This document shows positions 50,901 to 64,000 of a stretch of 64,000 bases of DNA, piece by piece. Below the pieces are notes generated by a model, which was given only the letters and a program-made list of their open reading frames with translations, was not told the origin of the DNA and did no database searches. Each line of letters opens with the position of its first letter. Position 1 is the first letter of the stretch. A program made the position numbers and the translations under genes. This DNA is from Eledone cirrhosa (Eukaryota). The stretch covers positions 33,914,001 to 33,978,000 of the forward strand of contig OZ024760.1 of the NCBI GenBank assembly GCA_964016885.1. The letters run 5' to 3'.

Positions 50901-53900
50901 CCCGTATTAAGCCGTAGTGTCTAGCAACCACCGTTTGTTCAACACTAACAAAGGAACGCTGTACTAGATTCAAGCTTATTAGCTATCGTCAGCAACGTAT
51001 ACCTTCCTGCCAGATTGTTGAACATAAATACTTACCTTATGCATATTAACGGCTGAGTAGCCCAATTTGCATATCGAGTGGGTTAATCGGTCGGGTGCAC
51101 CTAAAACGATAAACGGAAAAAAATGAAACGAAATTTCATTTCCCACGCTTAGTACGGCTGTTACTTAAATATAAGTATGTACACGTACATACATATATGT
51201 ATACAGACGTACAGTAGTATGTATATATATATACATACATGCACACATATATATATGTACGTATGGATTCACCAAACATTTATTATAATGCTCGGTGTGT
51301 TTGTAAACAAACATCCCATATTAAGCCGTAGTGTCTAGCAACCACCGTTGCTCGTTTGTTCAACACTGACAAAGGAACGCTGTACTAGTTTCAAGCTTAT
51401 TAACTATCGTCAGCAACGTATACCTTCCTGCCAGATTGTTGAACGTATATACTTATCTTATGCATATTAACAGCTGACTAGCCCAATTTGCATATCGAGT
51501 GGGTTAATCGGCCGGGTGCACCGAAAACGATAAACGGAAAAAAATGAAACGAAATTTCATTTCCCACTCTTAGTACGGCTGTTACTTAAATATAAGTATG
51601 TACACATACATACATATATGTATACAGACGTACAGTAGTATGTATATATATATACATACATGCACACATATATATATATATGTACGTATGGATTCACCGA
51701 ACATTTATTATAATGCTCGGTGTATTTGTAAACAAACATCCCGTATTAAGCCGTAGTGTCTAGCAACCACCGTTTGTTCAACACTGACAAAGGAACGCTG
51801 TACTAGTTTCAAGCTTATTAACTATCGTCAGCAACGTATACCTTCCTGCCAGATTGTTGAACGTATATACTTACCTTATGCATATTAACAGCTGACTAGC
51901 CCAATTTGCATATCGAGTGGGTTAATCGGCCGGGTGCACCGAAAACGATAAACGGAAAAAAATGAAACGAAATTTCATTTCCCACTCTTAGTACGGCTGT
52001 TACTTAAATATAAGTATGTACACATACATACATATAGGTATACAGACGTACAGTAGTATGTATATATATATACATACATGCACACATATATATATATGTA
52101 CGTATGGATTCACCGAACATTTATTATAATGCTCGGTGTATTTGTAAACAAACATCCCGTATTAAGTCGTAGTGTCTAGCAACCACCGTTTGTTCAACAC
52201 TGACAAAGGAACGCTGTACTAGTTTCAAGCTTATTAGCTATCGTCAGCAACGTATACCTTCCTGCCAGATTGTTGAACGTATATACTTACCTTATGCATA
52301 TTAACGGCTGAGTAGCCCAATTTGCATATCGAGTGGGTTAATCGGCCGGGTGCACCGAAAACGATAAACGGAAAAAAATGAAACGAAATTTCATTTCCCA
52401 CGCTTAGTACGGCTGTTACTTAAATATAAGTATGTACACGTACATACATATATGTATACAGACGTACAGTAGTATGTATATATATATACATACATGCACA
52501 CATATATATATGTACGTATGGATTCACCAAACATTTATTATAATGCTCGGTGTGTTTGTAAACAAACATCCCATATTACGCCGTAGTGTCTAGCAACCAC
52601 CGTTGCTCGTTTGTTCAACACTGACAAAGGAACGCTGTACTAGTTTCAAGCTTATTAACTATCGTCAGCAACGTATACCTTCCTGCCAGATTGTTGAACG
52701 TATATACTTATCTTATGCATATTAACAGCTGACTAGCCCAATTTGCATATCGAGTGGGTTAATCGGCCGGATGCTCCGAAAACGATAAACGGAAAAAAAT
52801 GAAACGAAATTTCATTTCCCACTCTTAGTACGGCTGTTACTTAAATATAAGTATGTACACATACATACATATATGTATACAGACGTACAGTAGTATGTAT
52901 ATATATATACATACATGCACACATATATATATATGTGTACGTATGGATTCACCGAACATTTATTATAATGCTCGGTGTATTTGTAAACAAACATCCCGTA
53001 TTAAGCCGTAGTGTCTAGCAACCACCGTTTGTTCAACACTGACAAAGGAACGCTGTACTAGTTTCAAGCTTATTAACTATCGTCAGCAACGTATACCTTC
53101 CTGCCAGATTGTTGAACGTATATACTTATCTTATGCATATTAACAGCTGACTAGCCCAATTTGCATATCGAGTGGGTTAATCGGCCGGGTGCACCGAAAA
53201 CGATAAACGGAAAAAAATGAAACGAAATTTCATTTCCCACTCTTAGTACGGCTGTTACTTAAATATAAGTATGTACACATACATACATATATGTATACAG
53301 ACGTACAGTAGTATGTATATATATATATACATACATGCACACATATATATATATATGTACGTATGGATTCACCGAACATTTATTATAATGCTCGGTGTAT
53401 TTGTAAACAAACATCCCGTATTAAGCCGTAGTGTCTAGCAACCACCGTTTGTTCAACACTGACAAAGGAACGCTGTACTAGTTTCAAGCTTATTAGCTAT
53501 CGTCAGCAACGTATACCTTCCTGCCAGATTGTTGAACGTATATACTTACCTTATGCATATTAACGGCTGAGTAGCCCAATTTGCATATCGAGTGGGTTAA
53601 TCGGCCGGGTGCACCGAAAACGATAAACGGAAAAAAATGAAACGAAATTTCATTTCCCACGCTTAGTACGGCTGTTACTTAAATATAAGTATGTACACGT
53701 ACATACATATATGTATACAGACGTACAGTAGTATGTATATATATATACATACATGCACACATATATATATGTACGTATGGATTCACCGAACATTTATTAT
53801 AATGCTCGGTGTATTTGTAAACAAACATCCCGTATTAAGCCGTAGTGTCTAGCAACCACCGTTTGTTCAAAACTAACAAATGAACGCTGTACTAGATTCA

Positions 53901-56900
53901 AGCTTATTAGCTATCGTCAGCAACGTATACCTTCCTGCCAGATTGTTGAACATAAATACTTACCTTATGTATATTAACGGCTGAGTAGCCCAATTTGCAT
54001 ATCGAGTGGGTTAATCGGTCGGGTGCACCTAAAACGATAAACGGAAAAAAATGAAACGAAATTTCATTTCCCACGCTTAGTACGGCTGTTACTTAAATAT
54101 AAGTATGTACACGTACATACATATATGTATACAGACGTACAGTAGTATGTATATATATATACATACATGCACACATATATATATGTACGTATGGATTCAC
54201 CAAACATTTATTATAATGCTCGGTGTGTTTGTAAACAAACATCCCATATTACGCCGTAGTGTCTAGCAACCACCGTTGCTCGTTTGTTCAACACTGACAA
54301 AGGAACGCTGTACTAGTTTCAAGCTTATTAACTATCGTCAGCAACGTATACCTTCCTGCCAGATTGTTGAACGTATATACTTACCTTATGCATATTAACA
54401 GCTGACTAGCCCAATTTGCATATCGAGTGGGTTAATCGGCCGGGTGCACCGAAAACGATAAACGGAAAAAAATGAAACGAAATTTCATTTCCCACTCTTA
54501 GTACGGCTGTTACTTAAATATAAGTATGTACACATACATACATATAGGTATACAGACGTACAGTAGTATGTATATATATATACATACATGCACACATATA
54601 TATATATGTACGTATGGATTCACCGAACATTTATTATAATGCTCGGTGTATTTGTAAACAAACATCCCGTATTAAGCCGTAGTGTCTAGCAACCACCGTT
54701 TGTTCAACACTGACAAAGGAACGCTGTACTAGTTTCAAGCTTATTAGCTATCGTCAGCAACGTATACCTTCCTGCCAGATTGTTGAACGTATATACTTAC
54801 CTTATGCATATTAACGGCTGAGTAGCCCAATTTGCATATCGAGTGGGTTAATCGGCCGGGTGCACCGAAAACGATAAACGGAAAAAAATGAAACGAAATT
54901 TCATTTCCCACGCTTAGTACGGCTGTTACTTAAATATAAGTATGTACACGTACATACATATATGTATACAGACGTACAGTAGTATGTATATATATATACA
55001 TACATGCACACATATATATATGTACGTATGGATTCACCGAACATTTATTATAATGCTCGGTGTGTTTGTAAACAAACATCCCATATTAAGCCGTAGTGTC
55101 TAGCAACCACCGTTGCTCGTTTGTTCAACACTGACAAAGGAACGCTGTACTAGTTTCAAGCTTATTAGCTATCGTCAGCAACGTATACCTTCCTGCCAGA
55201 TTGTTGAACATATATACTTACCTTATGCATATTAACGGCTGAGTAGCCCAATTTGCATATCGAGTGGGTTAATCGGCCGGGTGCAGCGAAAACGATAAAC
55301 GGAATAAAATGTAACGAAATTTCATTTCCCACTCTTAGTACGGCTGTTACTTAAATATAAGTATGTACACATACATACATATATGTATACAGACGTACAG
55401 TAGTATGTATATATATATATATATACATACATGCACACATATATATATGTACGTATGGATTCACCAAACATTTATTATAATGCTCGGTGTGTTTGTAAAC
55501 AAACATGCCGTATTAAGCCGTAGTGTCTAACAACCACCGTTGCTCGTTTGTTCAACACTGACAAAGGAACGCTGTACTAGTTTCAAGTTTATTAGCTATC
55601 GTCAGTAACGTATACCTTCCTGCCAGATTGTTGAACGTATATACTTACCTTATGCATATTAACGGCTGAGTAGCCCAATTTGCATATCGAGTGGGTTAAT
55701 CGGCCGGGTGCACCGAAAACGATAAACGGAAAAAAATGAAACGAAATTTCATTTCCCACGCTTAGTACGGCTGTTACTTAAATATAAGTATGTACACGTA
55801 CATACATATATGTATACAGACGTACAGTAGTATGTATATATATATACATACCTGCACACATATATATATGTACGTATGGATTCACCGAACATTTATTATA
55901 ATGCTCGGTGTATTTGTAAACAAACATCCCGTATTAAGCCGTAGTGTCTAGCAACCACCGTTTGTTCAACACTGACAAAGGAACGCTGTACTAGATTCAA
56001 GCTTATTAGCTATCGTCAGCAACGTATACCTTCCTGCCAGATTGTTGAACATAAATACTTACCTTATGCATATTAACGGCTGAGTAGCCCAATTTGCATA
56101 TCGAGTGGGTTAATCGGTCGGGTGCACCGAAAACGATAAACGGAAAAAAATGAAACGAAATTTCATTTCCCACTCTTAGTACGGCTGTTACTTAAATATA
56201 AGTATGTACACGTACATACATATATGTATACAGACGTACAGTAGTATGTATATATATATACATACATGCACACATATATATATATGTACGTATGGATTCA
56301 CCGAACATTTATTATAATGCTCGGTGTATTTGTAAACAAACATCCCGTATTAAGCCGTAGTGTCTAGCAACCACCGTTTGTTCAACACTGACAAAGGAAC
56401 GCTGTACTAGTTTCAAGCTTATTAGCTATCGTCAGCAACGTATACCTTCCTGCCAGATTGTTGAACGTATATACTTACCTTATGCATATTAACGGCTGAG
56501 TAGCCCAATTTGCATATCGAGTGGGTTAATCGGCCGGGTGCAGCGAAAACGATAAACGGAAAAAAATGAAACGAAATTTCATTTCCCACGCTTAGTACGG
56601 CTGTTACTTAAATATAAGTATGTACACGTACATACATATATGTATACAGACGTACAGTAGTATGTATATATATATACATACATGCACACATATATATATG
56701 TACGTATGGATTCACCGAACATTTATTATAATGCTCGGTGTGTTTGTAAACAAACATCCCGTATTAAGCCGTAGTGTCTAGCAACCTCCGTTTGTTCAAA
56801 ACTAACAACGGAACGCTGTACTAGATTCAAGCTTATTAGCTATCGTCAGCAACGTATACCTTCCTGCCAGATTGTTGAACATAAATACTTACCTTATGCA

Positions 56901-59900
56901 TATCAACGGCTGAGTAGCCCAATTTGCATATCGAGTGGGTAATCGGTCGGGTGCACCGAAAACGATAAACGGAAAAAAATGAAACGAAATTTCATTTCCC
57001 ACGCTTAGTACGGCTGTTACTTAAATATAAGTATGTACACGTACATACATATATGTATACAGACGTACAGTAGTATGTATATATATATACATACATGCAC
57101 ACATATATATATGTACGTATGGATTCACCAAACATTTATTATAATGCTCGGTGTGTTTGTAAACAAACATCCCATATTAAGCCGTAGTGTCTAGCAACCA
57201 CCGTTGCTCGTTTGTTCAACACTGACAAAGGAACGCTGTACTAGTCTCAAGCTTATTAACTATCGTCAGCAACGTATACCTTCCTGCCAGATTGTTGAAC
57301 GTATATACTTACCTTATGCATATTAACGGCTGAGTAGCCCAATTTGCATATCGAGTGGGTTAATCGGCCGGGTGCACCGAAAACGATAAACGGACAAAAA
57401 TGAAACGAAATTTCATTTCCCACGCTTAGTGCGGCTGTTACTTAAATATAAGTATGCACACGTACATACATATATGTATACAGACGTACAGTAGTATGTA
57501 TATATATATACATACATGCACACATATATATATGTACGTATGGATTCACCGAACATTTATTATAATGCTCGGTGTGTTTGTAAACAAACATCCCATATTA
57601 AGCCGTAGTGTCTAGCAACCACAGTTGCTCGTTTGTTCAACACTGACAAAGGAACGCTGTACTAGTTTCAAGCTTATTAGCTATCGTCAGCAACGTATAC
57701 CTTCCTGCCAGATTGTTGAACATATATACTTACCTTATGCATATTAACGGCTGAGTAGCCCAATTTGCATATCGAGTGGGTTAATCGGCCGGGTGCAGCG
57801 AAAACGATAAACGGAAAAAAATGAAACGAAATTTCATTTCCCACTCTTAGTACGGCTGTTACTTAAATATAAGTATGTACACATACATACATATATGTAT
57901 ACAGACGTACAGTAGTATGTATATATATATACATACACGCACAGATATATATATGTACGTATGGATTTACCGAACATTTATTATAATGCCCGGTGTGTTT
58001 GTAAACAAACATGCCGTATTAAGCCGTAGTGTCTAGCAACCACCGTTGCTCGTTTGTTCAACACTGACAAAGGAACGCTGTACTAGTTTCAAGCTTATTA
58101 ACTATCGTCAGCAACGTATACCTTCCTGCCAGATTGTTGAACATATATACTTACCTTATGCATATTAACGACTGAGTAGCCCAATTTGCATATCGAGTGG
58201 GTTAATCGGCCGGGTGCAGCGAAAACGATAAACGGAAAAAAATGAAACGAAATTTCATTTCCCACTCTTAGTACGGCTGTTACTTAAATATAAGTATGTA
58301 CACATACATACATATATGTATACAGACGTACAGTAGTATGTATATATATATACATACATGCACACATATATATATATGTACGTATGGATTCACCGAACAT
58401 TTATTATAATGCTCGGTGTATTTGTAAACAAACATCCCGTATTAAGCCGTAGTGTCTAGCAACCACCGTTTGTTCAACACTCACAAAGGAACGCTGTACT
58501 AGTTTCAAGCTTATTAGCTATCGTCAGCAACGTATACCTTCCTGCCAGATTGTTGAACGTATATACTTACCTTATGCATATTAACGGCTGAGTAGCCCAA
58601 TTTTCATATCGAGTGGGTTAATCGGCCGGGTGCACCGAAAACGATAAACGGAAAAAAATGAAACGAAATTTCATTTCCCACGCTTAGTACGGCTGTTACT
58701 TAAATATAAGTATGTACACGTACATACATATATGTATACAGACGTACAGTAGTATGTATATATATATACATACATGCACACATATATATATGTACGTATG
58801 GATTCACCGAACATTTATTATAATGCTCGGTGTATTTGTAAACAAACATCCCGTATTAAGCCGTAGTGTCTAGCAACCACCGTTTGTTCAACACTGACAA
58901 AGGAACGCTGTACTAGATTCAAGCTTATTAGCTATCGTCAGCAACGTATACCTTCCTGCCAGATTGTTGAACATAAATACTTACCTTATGCATATTAACG
59001 GCTGAGTAGCCCAATTTGCATATCGAGTGGGTTAATCGGTCGGGTGCACCGAAAACGATAAACGGAAAAAAATGAAACGAAATTTCATTTCCCACTCTTA
59101 GTACGGCTGTTACTTAAATATAAGTATGTACACGTACATACATATATGTATACAGACGTACAGTAGTATGTATATATATATACATACATGCACACATATA
59201 TATATATGTACGTATGGATTCACCGAACATTTATTATAATGCTCGGTGTATTTGTAAACAAACATCCCGTATTAAGCTGTAGTGTCTAGCAACCACCGTT
59301 TGTTCAACACTGACAAAGGAACGCTGTACTAGTTTCAAGCTTATTAGCTATCGTCAGCAACGTATACCTTCCTGCCAGATTGTTGAACGTATATACTTAC
59401 CTTATGCATATTAACGGCTGAGTAGCCCAATTTGCATATCGAGTGGGTTAATCGGCCGGGTGCAGCGAAAACGATAAACGGAAAAAAATGAAACGAAATT
59501 TCATTTCCCACGCTTAGTACGGCTGTTACTTAAATATAAGTATGTACACGTACATACATATATGTATACAGACGTACAGTAGTATGTATATATATATACA
59601 TACATGCACACATATATATATGTACGTATGGATTCACCGAACATTTATTATAATGCTCGGTGTGTTTGTAAACAAACATCCCATATTAAGCCGTAGTGTC
59701 TAGCAACCACCGTTGCTCGTTTGTTCAACACTGACAAAGGAACGCTGTACTAGTTTCAAGCTTATTAGCTATCGTCTGCAACGTATACCTTCCTGCCAGA
59801 TTGTTGAACATATATACTTACCTTATGCATATTAACGGCTGAGTAGCCCAATTTGCATATCGAGTGGGTTAATCGGCCGGGTGCAGCGAAAACGATAAAC

Positions 59901-62900
59901 GGAAAAAAATGAAACGAAATTTCATTTCCCACTCTTAGTACGGCTGTTACTTAAATATAAGTATGTACACATACATACATATATGTATACAGACGTACAG
60001 TAGTATGTATATATATATACATACACGCACAGATATATATATGTACGTATGGATTTACCGAACATTTATTATAATGCCCGGTGTGCTTGTAAACAAACAT
60101 GCCGTATTAAGCCGTAGTGTCTAGCAACCACCGTTGCTCGTTTGTTCAACACTGACAAAGGAACGCTGTACTAGTTTCAAGCTTATTAACTATCGTCAGC
60201 AACGTATACCTTCCTGCCAGATTGTTGAACATATATACTTACCTTATGCATATTAACGACTGAGTAGCCCAATTTGCATATCGAGTGGGTTAATCGGCCG
60301 GGTGCACCGAAAACGATAAACGGAAAAAAATGAAACGAAATTTCATTTCCCACTCTTAGTACGGCTGTTACTTAAATATAAGTATGTACACATACATACA
60401 TATATGTATACAGACGTACAGTAGTATGTATATATATATACATACATGCACACATATATATATATGTACGTATGGATTCACCGAACATTTATTATAATGC
60501 TCGGTGTATTTGTAAACAAACATCCCGTATTAAGCCGTAGTGTCTAGCAACCACCGTTTGTTCAACACTCACAAAGGAACGCTGTACTAGTTTCAAGCTT
60601 ATTAGCTATCGTCAGCAACGTATACCTTCCTGCCAGATTGTTGAACGTATATACTTACCTTATGCATATTAACGGCTGAGTAGCCCAATTTTCATATCGA
60701 GTGGGTTAATCGGCCGGGTGCACCGAAAACGATAAACGGAAAAAAATGAAACGAAATTTCATTTCCCACGCTTAGTACGGCTGTTACTTAAATATAAGTA
60801 TGTACACGTACATACATATATGTATACAGACGTACAGTAGTATGTATATATATATACATACATGCACACATATATATATGTACGTATGGATTCACCGAAC
60901 ATTTATTATAATGCTCGGTGTATTTGTAAACAAACATCCCGTATTAAGCCGTAGTGTCTAGCAACCACCGTTTGTTCAAAACTAACAACGGAACGCTGTA
61001 CTAGATTCAAGCTTATTAGCTATCGTCAGCAACGTATACCTTCCTGCCAGATTGTTGAACATAAATACTTACCTTATGCATATCAACGGCTGAGTAGCCC
61101 AATTTGCATATCGAGTGGGTAATCGGTCGGGTGCACCGAAAACGATAAACGGAAAAAAATGAAACGAAATTTCATTTCCCACGCTTAGTACGGCTGTTAC
61201 TTAAATATAAGTATGTACACGTACATACATATATGTATACAGACGTACAGTAGTATGTATATATATATACATACATGCACACATATATATATGTACGTAT
61301 GGATTCACCAAACATTTATTATAATGCTCGGTGTGTTTGTAAACAAACATCCCATATTAAGGCGTAGTGTCTAGCAACCACCGTTGCTCGTTTGTTCAAC
61401 ACTGACAAAGGAACGCTGTACTAGTTTCAAGCTTATTAACTATCGTCAGCAACGTATACCTTCCTGCCAGATTGTTGAACGTATATACTTACCTTATGCA
61501 TATTAACGGCTGAGTAGCCCAATTTGCATATCGAGTGGGTTAATCGGCCGGGTGCACCGAAAACGATAAACGGACAAAAATGAAACGAAATTTCATTTCC
61601 CACGCTTAGTGCGGCTGTTACTTAAATATAAGTATGCACACGTACATACATATATGTATACAGACGTACAGTAGTATGTATATATATATACATACATGCA
61701 CACATATATATATGTACGTATGGATTCACCGAACATTTATTATAATGCTCGGTGTGTTTGTAAACAAACATCCCATATTAAGCCGTAGTGTCTAGCAACC
61801 ACAGTTGCTCGTTTGTTCAACACTGACAAAGGAACGCTGTACTAGTTTCAAGCTTATTAGCTATCGTCAGCAACGTATACCTTCCTGCCAGATTGTTGAA
61901 CATATATACTTACCTTATGCATATTAACGGCTGAGTAGCCCAATTTGCATATCGAGTGGGTTAATCGGCCGGGTGCAGCGAAAACGATAAACGGAAAAAA
62001 ATGAAACGAAATTTCATTTCCCACTCTTAGTACGGCTGTTACTTAAATATAAGTATGTACACATACATACATATATGTATACAGACGTACAGTAGTATGT
62101 ATATATATATACATACACGCACAGATATATATATGTACGTATGGATTTACCGAACATTTATTATAATGCCCGGTGTGTTTGTAAACAAACATGCCGTATT
62201 AAGCCGTAGTGTCTAGCAACCACCGTTGCTCGTTTGTTCAACACTGACAAAGGAACGCTGTACTAGTTTCAAGCTTATTAACTATCGTCAGCAACGTATA
62301 CCTTCCTGCCAGATTGTTGAACATATATACTTACCTTATGCATATTAACGACTGAGTAGCCCAATTTGCATATCGAGTGGGTTAATCGGCCGGGTGCAGC
62401 GAAAACGATAAACGGAAAAAAATGAAACGAAATTTCATTTCCCACTCTTAGTACGGCTGTTACTTAAATATAAGTATGTACACATACATACATATATGTA
62501 TACAGACGTACAGTAGTATGTATATATATATACATACATGCACACATATATATATATGTACGTATGGATTCACCGAACATTTATTATAATGCTCGGTGTA
62601 TTTGTAAACAAACATCCCGTATTAAGCCGTAGTGTCTAGCAACCACCGTTTGTTCAACACTCACAAAGGAACGCTGTACTAGTTTCAAGCTTATTAGCTA
62701 TCGTCAGCAACGTATACCTTCCTGCCAGATTGTTGAACGTATATACTTACCTTATGCATATTAACGGCTGAGTAGCCCAATTTTCATATCGAGTGGGTTA
62801 ATCGGCCGGGTGCACCGAAAACGATAAACGGAAAAAAATGAAACGAAATTTCATTTCCCACGCTTAGTACGGCTGTTACTTAAATATAAGTATGTACACG

Positions 62901-64000
62901 TACATACATATATGTATACAGACGTACAGTAGTATGTATATATATATACATACATGCACACATATATATATGTACGTATGGATTCACCGAACATTTATTA
63001 TAATGCTCGGTGTATTTGTAAACAAACATCCCGTATTAAGCCGTAGTGTCTAGCAACCACCGTTTGTTCAAAACTAACAACGGAACGCTGTACTAGATTC
63101 AAGCTTATTAGCTATCGTCAGCAACGTATACCATCCTGCCAGATTGTTGAACATAAATACTTACCTTATGCATATCAACGGCTGAGTAGCCCAATTTGCA
63201 TATCGAGTGGGTAATCGGTCGGGTGCACCGAAAACGATAAACGGAAAAAAATGAAACGAAATTTCATTTCCCACGCTTAGTACGGCTGTTACTTAAATAT
63301 AAGTATGTACACGTACATACATATATGTATACAGACGTACAGTAGTATGTATATATATATACATACATGCACACATATATATATGTACGTATGGATTCAC
63401 CAAACATTTATTATAATGCTCGGTGTGTTTGTAAACAAACATCCCATATTAAGCCGTAGTGTCTAGCAACCACCGTTGCTCGTTTGTTCAACACTGACAA
63501 AGGAACGCTGTACTAGTTTCAAGCTTATTAACTATCGTCAGCAACGTATACCTTCCTGCCAGATTGTTGAACGTATATACTTACCTTATGCATATTAACG
63601 GCTGAGTAGCCCAATTTGCATATCGAGTGGGTTAATCGGCCGGGTGCACCGAAAACGATAAACGGACAAAAATGAAACGAAATTTCATTTCCCACGCTTA
63701 GTGCGGCTGTTACTTAAATATAAGTATGCACACGTACATACATATATGTATACAGACGTACAGTAGTATGTATATATATATACATACATGCACACATATA
63801 TATATGTACGTATGGATTCACCGAACATTTATTATAATGCTCGGTGTGTTTGTAAACAAACATCCCATATTAAGCCGTAGTGTCTAGCAACCACAGTTGC
63901 TCGTTTGTTCAACACTGACAAAGGAACGCTGTACTAGTTTCAAGCTTATTAGCTATCGTCAGCAACGTATACCTTCCTGCCAGATTGTTGAACATATATA
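41908..64000 (-). repeat. Tandem satellite array, ~414-425-bp monomer, about 53 copies, running off the window end
   Basis: Monomer starts (aaacggaaaaaaatg) at 41911, 42327, 42743, 43164, 43578, 43999 and onward. Copies differ by a 7-bp indel (tgctcgt), (TA)n length and a few recurrent SNPs. The strand given is that of the embedded ribozyme. Confidence 0.98.
42167..42221 (-). ncRNA. Type I hammerhead ribozyme, first of about 53 copies (one per monomer)
   Basis: The minus strand reads AAGG-tat-ACGTTG-CTGACGA-t-AG(C/T)T-aata-AGCT-t-GAA-ACTAGT-A-CAGCGT-t-CCTT. Cleavage is predicted after GUA, between 42178 and 42177. Confidence 0.85.

Noticed and set aside
45316-52994. Repeated 60-68 aa ORFs (MFVYKYTEHYNKC...) in the array
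   Set aside because: They are open only in some monomers depending on (TA)n length, and are low complexity.
41908-64000. CRISPR array, rDNA/5S array or U1 snRNA cluster (ATACTTACCT in each unit)
   Set aside because: There are no unique spacers and no rRNA similarity. The U1 match is only 10 nt with no U1 body or Sm site, and is better read as a minus-strand splice donor.

Overview
AT-rich, microsatellite-rich animal genomic DNA, probably cephalopod (octopus-like; inferred from repeat style only). Two complete intron-containing host genes lie head to head: CCDC25 (minus strand, 9 coding exons, 208 aa) and DTD2 (plus strand, 2 coding exons, 172 aa). They sit among decayed mobile elements: a Gypsy pol fragment, three or four Penelope-like elements (PLEs) with inverted termini, an RTE LINE, a Tx1-like LINE with a 12-bp TSD, a non-autonomous LTR element plus a solo LTR, SINEs and MITEs. 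The last 22 kb is a tandem array of about 53 monomers of roughly 414-425 bp. Each monomer carries, on the minus strand, a type I hammerhead ribozyme with a palindromic (dimer-type) stem III, preceded by an octamer motif and a consensus splice donor. A diverged dispersed relative with compensatory base changes (17.1 kb) and an inverted dispersed fragment ending at the same boundary (12 kb) suggest a PLE-mobilised, retrozyme-like self-cleaving satellite. Several other hammerheads are scattered through the window. All folds and counts were made by eye; activity and transcription are untested.
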